Assembly (NCBI GenBank): GCA_038496445.1
Contig: JALMLS010000455.1
Location: 434,001 to 498,000, forward strand
DNA from: Trichosphaerium sp. ATCC 40318
Taxonomy: Eukaryota > Protista > Tubulinea
Reading direction: 5' to 3'
Length of the DNA: 64,000 bases
The translations under genes were made by a program, and so were the position numbers. Every line of letters starts with the position of its first letter. Positions within the stretch are counted from its first letter, which is position 1. Of the stretch, positions 24,314 through 37,999 are shown one piece after another. Under the pieces are notes generated by a model. It saw only the letters and a program-made list of their open reading frames with translations. It ran no database searches and was not told where the DNA came from.

Positions 24314-26219
24314 ATGACTCGTGGGATATTGCTTCTCGCATGCCTTTTGGCTATTTCCTATGCCGCAACGATGACTTGTGCGTGGGGTAAAAACTCAAAC
24401 ATTTCTTTAACGCAGGACCCCTATTTTACCTGTGCTCCGTTAGCCTACGATACAAAGTACGTATTTTTAACGAAAGAGACCTATTATCAATGAGCCTATC
24501 GCTATTAATTAATCAGCGTATCTCTCTGAGTTGCCCACGCCAAGACAAACACCGTTAACCGCTTTTTGTAGAATTCAAAATGTAGAATCATTTCTTACAG
24601 TTGAAGAAGAAGTTGTTGAAAACAACCTCTACGCTGATACTGTCACATTCTTGTATGATATAGAGCATAAACCGGCTAATACACGAAAAGTTAAAATTGC
24701 CATTGTACGCATTGGTACTCTAGGCGTTGGAAGCCATAACGCCTCTGAACAAATGATTCAAGCCAAGCACGTGAATTTTAGAGCCAAAAACAAAAAACAA
24801 GCCAAAAACCCTTAAAACTTCGCTTATTGTTTATAATTAGGAAGTATCTTAATATTGCTGGAGAATCAGGTATTGATATAGCTCTTTTACCGGAGGAGTT
24901 TTCAATAGAAAATACCGACAAAGCAGAAGGAATACCTGGTCCTACTACGAATGCTATCAGGAAGATTGCTGCTAAATATAATATGTATATTATCTGTCCT
25001 ATATGGGAAGCTGTAAAGGACGCCAACACAGGTCTCACGAGGTAATGAAATTGGTATTCTTCGCAACATGATTTTTTTTTTGCTTCTTTATTCAAAAAAG
25101 TTGCGTGTGAATTTGATGCACTTCCTAGCGTTTTTGTGAGCTACCTGTATTTTTTTATTATCTATTTATAATCTAATTTTAATTAGTTATTATAATACTG
25201 CTGTTTTAATAGACCGAAAGGGAGAAATTATCGGTACGAACCATTAGAAATAGGTTTACTTTTTTTTTCCTTCTTTTTTTGCAAAGTTCTTACATTTACA
25301 CTAAGGTACCTACCGTAAATATTTTCCATTCTGGGGAGGTGGCATTAGACCACCAAGAAATGGTATTCCTTATTTTGACTTGGACTTTGGACGTATCTCT
25401 ATTCTTACATGCTACGACCTGGTAACAAAGACTTTTTTATTTCGTTGTCTCAAGAAGTTAATTCTTTTTTAGAACTTTCCTGAAATTTTCCAACAAGCTG
25501 CTGCTAATAATGTTGATATCGTTTTCTGGCCTTCTGCATATGGTGGCGGCCCACCTCTTAAAGCTTATGCAGCTATTCACCACTACCATATGGTAGCAAA
25601 TGGATGGGGTTGGTTTATTGATGTACGTGATTAAATATAGAAACAGTAACTTTGTTCTCTTTTCTCTGACGATTTTATAAAGATGACCGGTGCTACGATC
25701 GAGCCAGAGACTTACACTGATGCTATTTTGTTCACAGCAACATTTGACCTTGATAGAACACTCGTACATAAAGTAAGCGTTCAACCATTTTAATTCGAAG
25801 ACTTTTTTTTTGGTCACCTCAAAATAAGACCTCACACTCATGTGATTGTAGGACTTTAACTATGATAAAGTAAGCAAGTTACTTCAAGAGAACCCCGATA
25901 TCGTTATAGAATGTGACTTCACAGCAGGTAACTGGTGGGCTATACGATCTAAAAGCGAGAGTACGTCAAAAACAAATAGATGAGTCCAACTGATTTTCTT
26001 CATTCAGCTGTGAGCGCTCGCGAAATGCTTGAGAAATACGAGATTGAGCCATTGAGGCATTACCAACAACGTTCTAGACGTGAGATTAATTTATTACGTC
26101 GTGCAGGAGGACACGTTTTTGATACATTACCATCACGTGATTTATCTCAAAGATGGACTCCAAAGCACCAGGAACGGTTTGAAGCTAAATTCGGTAAACT
26201 ACCACCATGTAATTTTTAG
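24314..26219 (+). CDS. Secreted carbon-nitrogen hydrolase (nitrilase superfamily)
   Basis: Signal peptide plus the catalytic triad motifs LLPEE, YRK and LTCYDLNFPE. Also YYNTAVLIDRKG and VFWPSAY. Confidence 0.88.
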
Positions 26220-26678
26220 TCATTGTCACGTGATAAAAATACCTCAAACAGAGAAAAGTAAAACAAAACAAACGAATTGTCTTTTGTATTCAAAGTAATC
26301 ATCCACTGAACACTGAAAGCTTGACTCGTGTACAATACAGCGTCCGTCAAACTGACCTTTAGAAAAAACCGTCAACCCTGAGTCATTTTGGACATAACGG
26401 ATGGGAATCAAAGTGTTGGCTGGTACACTATAGTCTTACTAATAGCTCAATAACAAGTGAATGCTTAAAGGTGTACACAGTATACACTAGGCTCATTGTG
26501 AACAAATAGCAGATGGAGGAATCCTTGAGTCCATCAGATCTTTTTAAATAAATTTACCAACTCGTAGGCTTCACTCAGATCATTGTAGCTCATTGTAAAT
26601 CAAAAAACAAATGTTCTGTGTTTTGAAACTTTTTTTTTGTTGCTTTATTTTTTTTTCTTTGAAATAATTACTGTTTTG

Positions 26679-28626
26679 TTATGATAGCCTCTGTAATATA
26701 TTCTCTAATGATAATCTAGAGTCAAACATTTCACCAATCAATGTGAATATAATAAGAGCAATAAAAGGCATAAATCTTTGCTTGTCTTGAGGGTACATGC
26801 TTCCAGAATCAGATTCATAATATAAAAATTTCATGGTTCCCATGAATCCACGTGTGAGTAAATCAGACTAGAAACAAAAGTGTCAAAAACACGTGTGCAA
26901 AAGTGTCAAAATAATAGAAAAAAAAGACATGAATGTTTGGGTGTTGTAAACGAGAAAGGAAACAAGAATTGTGTCTTGGTGGACCACAAAGAGAAAAAAA
27001 GACAACTTCAAGTTGCTTTTATTGGACTCCTCCTCCGGGAATCGAACCCGGGTTGGCAACGTGACAGGCTACCGTGCTAAACCACTACACTAAGGAGGAT
27101 ACGTGTATACTTTAGAGTGGTGCTAGCGTGGAGCAGTCCAGAAAAGAGGCTTGGGAGTCACAAGAGTTCAAGAATAATCGTTACAAAAAAAAGATGAAGA
27201 AATTTGGCAAAGAATGGCTTGTTTTTGATTGTCAAAAAAAAAAGAACAAAAACCCATATCTGAGAGAATTATTAGTACGTACTTGATACTCTGTCATGTA
27301 TAAAATAAGTGCCAAACTGGCACCAGCGAAGATACGGAAACCAAGTTGATTTCCACCTCTTCCACCACGTACATCCCAAGGAAGAACTTTATGCTTCAAA
27401 GCCAACATACGCAAAAATGCTTGGAAACCCCTACAAAGGATTATTCGTTAGAAGTTGTCTTAATGTTGTCTTAAGCAGGAATTCGATAAATGCTCAGTCT
27501 AAACTGTTTAAAATGTAATTATTTTATGTTATATCGCTGCACGTAGTATTTTTTTAAGAGTAGGAGGACAAAAGAGAGTTTGAACTGAAAAGAAAAAAAA
27601 TTTCCCAAAAGTTCAGTCAGTTTTCTACATTTAGTGGCGATTAACGGACATAGTAAATGTTTCATTACCTTTATAAAACATATAAAATATCGTTTTAGTC
27701 GAAATTAGTAATCAAAAATAAAACACAGATAAAATATTCTGCTTTTTTTCGGAAAAACGAAAAAGTACTTATCAAACATTACAAAAGTATGTTTTTCTCA
27801 CCTTGCAAAGAGGTAAAGTGTAATTTGATTATTGACTGCCCCCGATATACCAACACTCTGTCCAAATCCATAGTATCCGCCAACAAAACCAGCAATCAAG
27901 CTCTCCGCGCCACCTTTATTGAAAAAAGAAAAATTTAATCACAAAATCGGCAAAGTAGTTAAGAAGCAAAAAAAAGCGCTCAACGCGCGTACCTTTTAAT
28001 CCATAGTAGCGTAAGAGATTACAAATAAACTTGTAGATTAGAATAAACATGCCAAGGTTCCTTCCATGAGTTACCATTTGCTTCATAACATGTTTTATAT
28101 CGCCTACAAGCCTACAATACGCTTAGTTATTGTATAGACAATCCCTTCGGTAACTAAAAAGCTACCAAAAAAGAAAAAAGTGTAATGAGCGTGTAGTTAA
28201 TTTATACGCTATTATAGCGCTAGAGGTACTGTTTGTTATCGCTCAGTGTACAAAAAACGGGAAAAACAGGTTTATTGGATTAAATAATTGTATTAGATGG
28301 CCTGTATAGTAATGAACGTACCTTCCACGGAAGATGATGGCGTAAATAGCTGCTTGCATCACGTATGGCACTCGTACTTGTACACCTTTTATTATACCAT
28401 TGCGTAGCCCTCTGAATGGCGACAACCAAAAATCGGCGTCGTTAATGTTATGAACTGTAATATAAGCTCCTGGTTTGTATGCAGGGCCAGGCGCTCTTGG
28501 TCGTGGCGCTCGCGCTGGCTCAGGTGCAGTAACCAACTCCATCATGTAAAAGAAGGCCTCTTTTAACTCTTCCTTTGCCCGCAATAGACGATCACGTAGC
28601 GTTGGGGCACCACCCGTATCTGCCAT
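26679..28626 (-). CDS. PXMP4: Peroxisomal membrane protein 4 (PXMP4/PMP24, Tim17 family)
   Basis: RGLRNGIIKGVQVRVPY, HGRNLGMF...YK, AGFVGGYYGFG, VNNQITLYLFARG and MKFLYYESD over 5 exons. Confidence 0.82.
27027..27099 (-). tRNA. tRNA-Asp(GTC), inside the last PXMP4 intron
   Basis: TCCTCCT/AGGAGGA acceptor stem, GTAGC-CTGTCAC-GTTGC anticodon arm, GGTTCGATTCC T-loop. Confidence 0.93.
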
Positions 28627-29082
28627 AGTGCGGTGACTGCGAGATTGTCAAATTAAGGCTTTTGAGAACCGGAACATTTAAGTTATTTGGAAAAACTTCT
28701 AGAACAGCCTCTAAACACCTCCAAACGTACATATTACACTAGAGTATACTAAAATCAACAGTAAATACAAGGTAAAACTGTTGTTTCCTCGATACATCAA
28801 ATTTTTTACTCAATTTTTTGGTTTTTTTTTACAAATATTTACAACGCCATCAAGCATTATTTTTCCCAAAAGAAAATGGCATGATACTCTGACTTATCTT
28901 TTCTTTCGTGCAATCAAGCAAAAAGAAAAGAAAAAAATCAACTCTGCATAGATGCACAAGCCAAACATTCTTTCGTTTGTTTTTGTTTTTTTCAATGAAA
29001 CGTTTTAAATAAAAACAACCACCATGAAGCGGAGGTTGTTGCCTTGCTGTTTAAAAGCAAGTTTTAAAAGCGACCTTAAGAT

Positions 29083-32000
29083 CTACCGCTTCGTATTCTT
29101 TCCTTCTTTGCTATCCTTGATACCACCCTTTGAACTCTTGCTCAATCCTTTACTCTTCCTTGACCGATGTTGCCCAAAAGGAACTTCGTTTAAAGGTGTC
29201 ATTTTAAGGTTGGCTTGTTGTTTACTACTACTACGGGGCGCACGTTTATCCCTTCTACTAGCACGTCTTGTCGCACGTGCTTTTTTCTGTTCTTTGGCCT
29301 TGTCATCATTCGATTTTGTTCTACGATGAGGACTTTCCTGTCTTTTGACAGTCGAATTACGAAGAGTCATGCTATGTCTTGGTAACTCATCTTGTTCTTC
29401 AACTACAGTATCAATTGTATCACTTGTAGACACTAAAATATGAGTAAGAAAACTAAACTGGAAAGTATTCGAAGCATGATTTTCTTTCGTTCTCTCTTCG
29501 GTGTTTTTAGGCCTAGTAAAAGTTTCTTACATGATTGTTGGCTTTGAGAGAGATCAGATCTTTGTGTGGACATTGGAGAGGATATCTTTGATAAAGTGAG
29601 TAAAGAGAAGACAGAAAGAAAAAATAATCTGTACAGCTGAAGTAGAACTTTCTGAACCTGAACTATCATCGACCTTGCTATGTGGAGACATAACACCACC
29701 CGCAGGATTAAGATTCCTTACAATATCTCCTAACAGACGGTTAACCGAATTTTGTGTTCTAGAGTATCCAAAAGACGCTATAGAACAAAGAGTTAAAATA
29801 AACTATCAAAAAAGGAGTTTGTTCCCTTTTTTATGTACTATTTGACATACCTGACATTGTCGATGTTTCAGCATTACTCAAGAACATACGTTGCCTCGTT
29901 TGTCCATCTCTACTAGTATTTGCTTGAGCTGATGATCGCCCCTTAGCTATGTTTCCTAAAAAAAACAGTAAGAAAGAAGTAACAGAAGAACAAATGGTTT
30001 ATCACTTCTACGTACCAATTTTCGGCCCTGGTGCTCTTGAATGTGCTAGATAAAATATAAATAAAACAAAGGAACAAGGAAAAATATACATCAACGCTGC
30101 GAAGTGAAAAAAACCGGCAACATTGCCAGCAACAAAGATCGACTAAGGTACCTGGATCAAATTCTGGTGGAGCCCAAACGGTTCTACTACGCGATTGTTT
30201 ACCAGGTTGTGATTCATCATATTCCAAGTGTGCGGAAACCTTTTTTTGTAGTCGTTTTGAAAGAAAAAATGAATCAAATCCAATAGGATTAAAGTCTTCA
30301 GGTAATTCATCATAATACAGCCGAATTCCTTCAACAACCATCTTGACATCATCTTCTATCTCAGGAACAGGATCTTTTCCCTACAATTCAATGTCAGTCG
30401 TAAAAATAGTAGTCCAAAGTAAAGCCCTTTTTTGTATGCTGGAAAATAGAAGTTAAAAATAGTACAAACCTTTTTCCACAATGTCACGCAAGTATTGTGT
30501 ATCTGGAATATTTTATTTAATATCTTAAGTATCGGTAAAATGTGAGGATATAATGAAGACCCATTATCTGAAATACAACATTTAGTAGAAGCCTCAAAAA
30601 CTAATAAAAAAAAAGTTTATGCACCTGTCGCCACTAATCGCAAAAAGTTGCAGATATGAAACCTAATAGCATATCCTGATCTAAATGCAATAATACCAAG
30701 GGAATCAACACACATAATACGTGTCTAAATAAACGAAAAAGTCAACAGAAAGCACAAGTAAAAAAAGAAAAACCATCAAAAAAGAAGGAAGCAAAAAAAG
30801 AGTCTGTCTCATATTTTTACCTCCCAAGGTCCAAAGGCAATAGCATGTTCTAGCCTTAGTACTATAGCACGCATTGCAGGGTTTGCAATTTGAATATTTC
30901 CATCACCCTTTAATATCAACTTAGCAAGAAAAACAAAAGAGTCTACTCTTTACCTCATCATTTGTTGAAGAAATCACTAAAGGATTTTCTACGTCTAAAG
31001 AACTCAGTTTCTTTTGCTTAGATTCTCCAGATCTTGTTGGCGTATTCGATCTTTCTGTGCCATCTGTTCTAAAAAATAGACGAGCACCTACCATAACAAT
31101 CAGTTGTCTATTCTCACAACCAAGCAGGAACAAAAAACAGCTTCAAAGTGTCAAAAAAAAACATACCTTGGGCCATCTCTGATAGAGGTACTTTGTACCG
31201 TTCAGGTAACTCATCTGCAAGTTCATTACCTCTATACCCCAAGAAGGAATAAATATTCTTTCTGATATTATACACAATAGTCCGTGGCGTTTCTTGAGAT
31301 GGTACCATATCCAAAATATTAAAAACATTCTACAAAAAAAAAAGAACATAAGCACGTGTCAGAAAGTAAACAAAGATGATTCCAAAGCTACCAATTTGAA
31401 GAGATAACTCTATTTAAAGGTGCTCGGGGTTATAAAATTGAATCTAACGTACTTCAAGGACCTTGCGGCGACCTTCAATGCCAAGATTCATTATAGTATT
31501 CCAAGCATCAAATAAGATACTCAGTTCTGCTTTTGCTGGTTGCATATAACACAACTGAAAAAATAAATTGAGTGTAACATCTGCAAACCCAGGTGTTGCC
31601 TTAACGCGTTGTACGAGCTCGCGGAAAATTGCTAATAAATGGTTTTAACACTCTTGTAAACAATATTAATCGGTCACTTCGGTCTTCTATACCTTGGAAT
31701 GGCCATGGAGGCAATGCAGTGCTTTTCCCTTTTGTAATCTCGTGAATAAAAGTATCTGTTATCGTTTTAGCATCAGAAGAATACGTTAACCACATTAAAG
31801 CTTGTAATGCCTTCAGACGAACAAAGTGTGTTAGTCTACAAAAAAAAAACATAAGCATTTGGTAACATCAGGTATTGGTAATCGCGTTATCGTACGAAGG
31901 CTTTCGTAAGAGTTGTAGAATAGCTTCTCGAAGTTCATGCAAAGGATGTTTTTGAGTCGAACGGACTTTTCCTGAGCTCTTTGTAGAATCCTCAAGAAGC

Positions 32001-34178
32001 TTCCGTCGCTCTTGTTCTCGTTTTGGAGCGTAATACCTGTTTAAAAAACCATTAAGAAAAATATAAACTAAAATGAGCATTTTTGACTCACTTTATATGA
32101 CGTTCAGCAAGTGTAGCTATTGTACGACATCCTTGATGAACTAATGGTATTGAATCACTTTGAATAGCTTCCTTGAGTCGCTTAATAGCGATTGGCAACA
32201 CATCAAAGCTCTAAAACAAATAAACAATTGAAAATGATACTAAAAACGCTACTGTTGTTCCACAATAGTTGCGCAATCTTTATCGTACCGATATACCAGG
32301 ATGATGTTCAATATAAACCCAGGATTTTTGAGTAAGACCTAAAAGCGCAGCGAAGCAAACACGATTACTCTCATCTTTTACAAGATTATGAAGTTCATTT
32401 AAGAAAACATCATCTGACGCTCCAGCTCCCTAACAATCCGTTTTAATTTACTTAAAAGCGAGTCATATTATCTACCTTTTGAGACCACACATCTGAACCA
32501 CTATTGCTAACCTAAAGCCACAAATAAGCCAAATGAATAAATAATTACTCAAAAAACACAAAAAAACAGCACCTTATCAAGCCACAACATAGTACATATT
32601 TTAACTAGATAAATACGTGCATCCTCATCATCTGGAAAGACATTAAAACACAAAAAAAAATATCTAAAAACATTACTTGGTGGAGCTCTTCGCCGTTTTG
32701 TTGGAGACTCTAGGACTGCTTTTCCCCTAGCAGAATCCGCTGGGCAATCCAATATAAGATGTCGAAGATCTGACATTGCAACTTGCGGCTCCTAGGGGCG
32801 AAACATTAACCAGACAGCTCACAATAATTTCAACAAACCTTTTTTGCAAATTTGTACAACAACGACATGGCATGTCGAATGGCTACAGGATCATCATAAG
32901 TAGTAGCAACCTCTACAAGTGGCTAAAATTAATTAGTCTTTCAATTAAATACACAATTTGAAAGTTAAAAAAAGAAGCAACAATGTACACAGATAATAGC
33001 GCACCGATAGGGATTTAGAGAGCGTGTCATTTGTAACGTCTTCATAACGTAATGATATATAGCAAAATGCGTTACTGTGTACGCTGTATTTAAACGGACT
33101 ATACTCGACAATAGATGATTTACCTAAAGAGTAAATAAAATCAAACAATTAAATCAAAAAAAAAAAAAACCCAACAATACAAAACGGGTTAATTTTAATC
33201 TATAAATTCGCGACTGTTTTGCACGTACCGCGAAACGCTCTTAAAGAAAACGTGTTTTGTTTTTTTGTTTTGCCAATATCTAGTTTTACGCCAGGTGTTA
33301 CAACGTAAGTTTTGAGCCATTGTAGTAATGCAGCTAGCGAGTATTAGCTAAAATAGGATATTTACAAAGGTAGAAAAGCTTATTTGTTCGGTTTTAATGC
33401 ATGGCACGTACACTCAGGCATGTCCTTAGGTGTCAGAGAACCCAACGTTTTTATTAGAGCTGCACGAACTAGTATTTGCTCTGGCGTTGCACACTCTGCA
33501 AGCTGCTTGGAGAACACGTCCTCGATCTTCTTTTCCAACTGTAAAGCAGTTAAAACGGAGCAAGTACCCGAACAGACGCCATACCGCAGGATTTCGGTTT
33601 CTTTGCACCAGTGTAGTAGTTTCTCGCAACAAATAATGTACAAGAGGTAAAATGCTTGCTTTCTTCACGTCATAAGGTATCACTGCACCGTGTCAGCGCT
33701 GGTAAAGCTAAAACAACGGCTTTCGTACAAGATATTAGTGGCTCGATCAAACTCTCGTCAGGGTTGAAGAAACACATTTGCTTTAATATGGGCACCAAGC
33801 CATCGCGTTTCCTTTTCTTTTGTACCTCTTCCAGAAACAGTGCCTTGACATCTTTCCAGTTGCCAACACCTTGCTTCCCAGCCAAGTAATAGCTTCTATA
33901 ACTTCCTCCTTGCATGAGGTTATTCTAGAAAACGCCGTTAGATGCCTTCATTCTTTGTCTTTGTTTTGACGTCTAAAAATTCATAATTTTTCATGTTTTT
34001 GTTTTATTAAAGCAATTCTCGTCAAAATTAGGTTTATATTGAATATTATTACTTCCTCCAAGCGAATTTCTCTTTCATAATCATCATAAGAAGCGCTTCG
34101 TAATTTACTGCTTTTATGCTTTTTAGATGGCTTTTTTAGCTTTGTAGAGAATATTGTATTGCTGTGCGGCCTACTCAT
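29083..34178 (-). CDS. tstB: TSET complex large subunit, TSAUCER/TASH3-like; many exons
   Basis: Exons phase together from MSRPHS. FVRLKALQALMWL, ELVQRVKATPG, IYSFLGYRGNELADE and RLEHAIAFGPWETRIMCVDSLGIIAFRSGYAIRFHICNFL match my recollection of plant TASH3 motifs. Confidence 0.75.
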
Positions 34179-34993
34179 TGTCACCACATCGAAATTCACA
34201 TTGATAAAATCTCACATAACTTATAATCGCACAAGCGAGCAGCAATGCAAGTCTTATCAACAATAGCAAGTAAGAAATGCGTGGTTATAAAATACTTTTC
34301 ACAAATAGCTCAAAACGACGCTCTACACAACATTTTTGTTCCTACGGCGTTTATCGTGGCTACAAATTCTTTGTAGATTAACTTGAGCGTGCAGACGTAA
34401 ACGTCAAAGCAATTTTTCTCACTTGACATTGCGTGAGGTGGCAAAGAGGCTCTAGACTCGCTATATACCGCCATTGCATGTAGTACTGTTGTGTTGACAA
34501 CGATAGCTGCGTGAACTACCAACGCAAAAGGTAAGCATTAAAATTTGAGTGTTTGTGAACATAGGTAGCCTTTTGCAACTCTATAGCTATACCATTAGCG
34601 TATCCTTGTGGATTTCTGAACGTGAGATTCCAACAGAAAGGCACTGTGCGTGATACTAATTGGGAGCGGCTGGTTAAAACGTAGGCTTAACGTTACAATA
34701 AAATTACGTTATTTCAGGTCAAATCCATGGTATTTTACTGCAATACTTTTGAAAGGCTTTTTCTACGATTATTAACCGTGATTTCTGAAGACTGCGATGC
34801 AAGAATAGGCAAAGACTTCGGCTTCGTCAATGTCAACGCTATCTCCATGTTTAACGCATTTAACGAGTACTGAAACTGTGTCTCATTGTCACGTGTAAAC
34901 GGTTTGTGTCACACAGAACAATAAGAAGCAACGCCGCTTCTTTTCTTTGAACGTTTCTTTTTTTCTGTTTACCACAATACTCATTATCACAAG

Positions 34994-36352
34994 ATGCAAG
35001 CAATAACAGGCGGTTCTAATTTACACAATAACCAGTTCTTTACGGCTGGTTTCTGGCTTCTTATAGCCGGATCTGGTGTAGCCTACTTCAAACAAATACT
35101 GAGCTTTATCGTTGGTATTCTCATTCGTATGTTCTTCACAGAGGTCTGTATCAACGGTCGTGACTCCTCTTACGAAGCAGTCCTTGAATTTATCGCCTCT
35201 CATCCGGAAATGGTCATCATCTCTGACAGCTTGAATATGGAGATTGACCGCAACAATTCTTCTAAAGTTTACACTACTGATGGTGCAGTGATGGGTAAGT
35301 ACTCTGAACCTCTTTCTGTGCGACCTGGTTACGGATTTCACCTATTCAAATGGCAATCAAAGTTCTTTGCGATGGTCGTTAAGAAAGAAGACAACCAACA
35401 GCAAACAATCAAAACAATGAAACTATATGCTCTTGGAAACAGCTTAGCAAGTGTCAAGAAGCTAGTTAACAGAGCAATGGAATACATGCGTAATGAGACT
35501 AAAGACTCTGTAATCATCTATGACGTTTGCTTCAATTGGACCCCTCTAAGATTCAGCCGATTAGCGACAAAACCAACGCGTTCGTTCGAATCTGTCATTT
35601 TAGCTTCTGGCGTTGCCCAGGAGCTATTCGAAGATGTTCAACAGTTCTACAACTCTGCTGATTGGTATAAAAAGATGGAAGTACCTTATAGGCGCTCTTA
35701 TCTGTTGTACGGAACTCCTGGCTCAGGTAAAACGACTTTGATTGGTGCTCTCGCTGCAAAAATGGGATTGAACATCTGTATCATTGCTACAAATGATCGA
35801 TCATTGACGGACAGAAAAATCTTGAAAGCTTTCAACAGTACACCAGCGAATACCATCATCTTGATAGAAGATGTAGATGCTGCTTTTCCTAAGCGTGAAA
35901 GCGCAGAAAACAAGAATCGTAAAGTGACATTTAGCGGAATTCTAAACTGCTTAGATGGAGTTGGTTCAGCAAATGGAAAGATTGTTTTTATGACCACTAA
36001 CAAGTTCGATCAACTAACAGATCCAGCTCTTATACGTCCTGGTCGTATAGACAGGCTTGTGAAGTTCACGCACGCTTCAAGAGAACAAGCTAAAAAGATG
36101 TATTTACGGTATTTTCCAGAAGAAAAGGATTTAGCTCATGAATTTTCTCAAAAAATTCCTGAAGAAAAATTCTCAATGGCGATGCTCCAAGGATACTTTA
36201 TAAAACATAGAGATAATGCGCTTAATGCTTCAACACACATTTCTGAACTTATTGATCATTTGAAGTTAATTGAAGAAGCTCAAATACGCAAAGAAAAAGA
36301 AGAACAGCAGGAAAAGAAAGCTCGTGAAGAAAAACAAAAAGAAACAATGTAA
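34994..36352 (+). CDS. BCS1: BCS1-like mitochondrial AAA chaperone, intronless
   Basis: N-terminal TM segment, RSFESVIL, PYRRSYLLYGTPGSGKT, IEDVD, VTFSGILNCLDG and DPALIRPGRID. Confidence 0.92.
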   Translation: MQAITGGSNLHNNQFFTAGFWLLIAGSGVAYFKQILSFIVGILIRMFFTEVCINGRDSSYEAVLEFIASHPEMVIISDSLNMEIDRNNSSKVYTTDGAVMGKYSEPLSVRPGYGFHLFKWQSKFFAMVVKKEDNQQQTIKTMKLYALGNSLASVKKLVNRAMEYMRNETKDSVIIYDVCFNWTPLRFSRLATKPTRSFESVILASGVAQELFEDVQQFYNSADWYKKMEVPYRRSYLLYGTPGSGKTTLIGALAAKMGLNICIIATNDRSLTDRKILKAFNSTPANTIILIEDVDAAFPKRESAENKNRKVTFSGILNCLDGVGSANGKIVFMTTNKFDQLTDPALIRPGRIDRLVKFTHASREQAKKMYLRYFPEEKDLAHEFSQKIPEEKFSMAMLQGYFIKHRDNALNASTHISELIDHLKLIEEAQIRKEKEEQQEKKAREEKQKETM

Positions 36353-36989
36353 CCTTGTAATGACAATGTTTGTAGTAATGTATATAACATAATTAATCTT
36401 TACCTTCATCTTAAGTATGCGCGTGATCATCGCAGTGTTTAAACTATGAATACAATGAATATCAGCCGTTGAAATCATAATAATAAATGGCACTCTTGAT
36501 GTTTCTTTTGCTGCCAAACCAGTAATTATTTTAACATCCTGTTACTAACGAATCGGTTAAAACAACTAGCATCCAGCAGTAATGTAGTCTCATACAATAC
36601 CTCACAGAGTACTGTTTTTGAAACCAGGGTAAGCTTAAGAAGATCATGACAACCACATAAATATTGCCCCAAAGACAAAAATTGTCTTTTTACCAAATCA
36701 GTCGCTACCTTTCAACAACACGTGTCCAAAAAAAAAGGCTCAAATGAGTAATAACGCAAATAGCATTGTCACGGCTTACGACGAGAAAATTGGTTCTTAG
36801 AGCGAATTTTACTAAGCAGTACCCATTTGGAAAAAAAATCGTCAACAACTTAGAAACCCGTAAAACAGTGAATTTATTTTTTGTATACAAGCTACTATAT
36901 GTTAGGTATATGCGTGTAGCTTAAGAGAGCTCTAAAAACTATTGACCATTCTCCATCAGTCGATTAAGTTTTTTTGTCATTTTTCCGTA

Positions 36990-37847
36990 TTAAAGACAAA
37001 AAGTCTCATCTCCAATGCCATTATTTTCATCCAAAACATCTAGTGTGCTCCATTCAAATGCCTTGCGTACTCTTTTATCATTAGCAGGAACTTGACTAGC
37101 AACAAAATCCTCATCCAATTCCCAAAATTCAAAGTTTTTTTCTTGTTTACTACTCTCGTATTCAAGCAACTCTATTTTTCGAACTTGATACAGTAACTCT
37201 GCACCTTCTTGCATACCTACTTTGAGTTTTAAGAAACGCTACCACGTGTTGTTGCACTTTGTTGTTAAACGCATCCAACTGCCTATCCTTGTGTAAGTGT
37301 GATTATTGGAGTAGTTTGACGCACTGTTTTTGGTATTTTTTTGATTTGAGTTTTGAAAACGGTCCAATAGGCCTTCCTCTCCTCTTACACGCCTTATAGA
37401 TGCGTTAACTGTCGCGTACTAACCACTACGCTATACAAAACGTATTAACACACTCACTCTGGAGTATGGTGGAACCTTATACGACATAACAACACTTTGC
37501 GGAAGTTGGTAAAAAAAAAAATAGGCACGTGATTTTGTGTTGGCCTGAAATCTCAAGCCAAAATCAAAAAACGGCAGCCAAACTCTCAGAAGTAGTAGTA
37601 AAATAGGTGCTGTAGAGTTTGTCGGCTTTTGGCTGCCGTTTTTTGGTTTTAGACATACCTTTACCGCAATTGCGTTTTCATTCCGACACTGAGCACACGC
37701 AAATCCTTTATCCACTTCGCTATGCACATCTAACAAACAAAGAAAGCTTCCCATGTGCCATTGGTCATTTTTGTAATGTACTGTAACTCCAGAGCCTTTA
37801 GCAACCCTGACGTATTCACAGCACACACAACGTTCCACCTGCGCCAT
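36990..37847 (-). CDS. Hypothetical protein with CxxC pairs; exon structure unresolved
   Basis: ATG ORF with CVCCE and CAQC, a GTATGT donor, and downstream protein-like ORF segments. Confidence 0.4.
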
Positions 37848-37999
37848 GCAACAGCAGTATCAGTACTGCCAAAGCCTAACAGGTGGAGGAAATAGTGATT
37901 TAAATTCTTCGCGGCAAAAATTTGACTTTTTTTGCGTAAACAGTATTGTTTTTTTTTTGACTTTCAAAATAACACAAACGCACTAAAACTAGTGACAAC

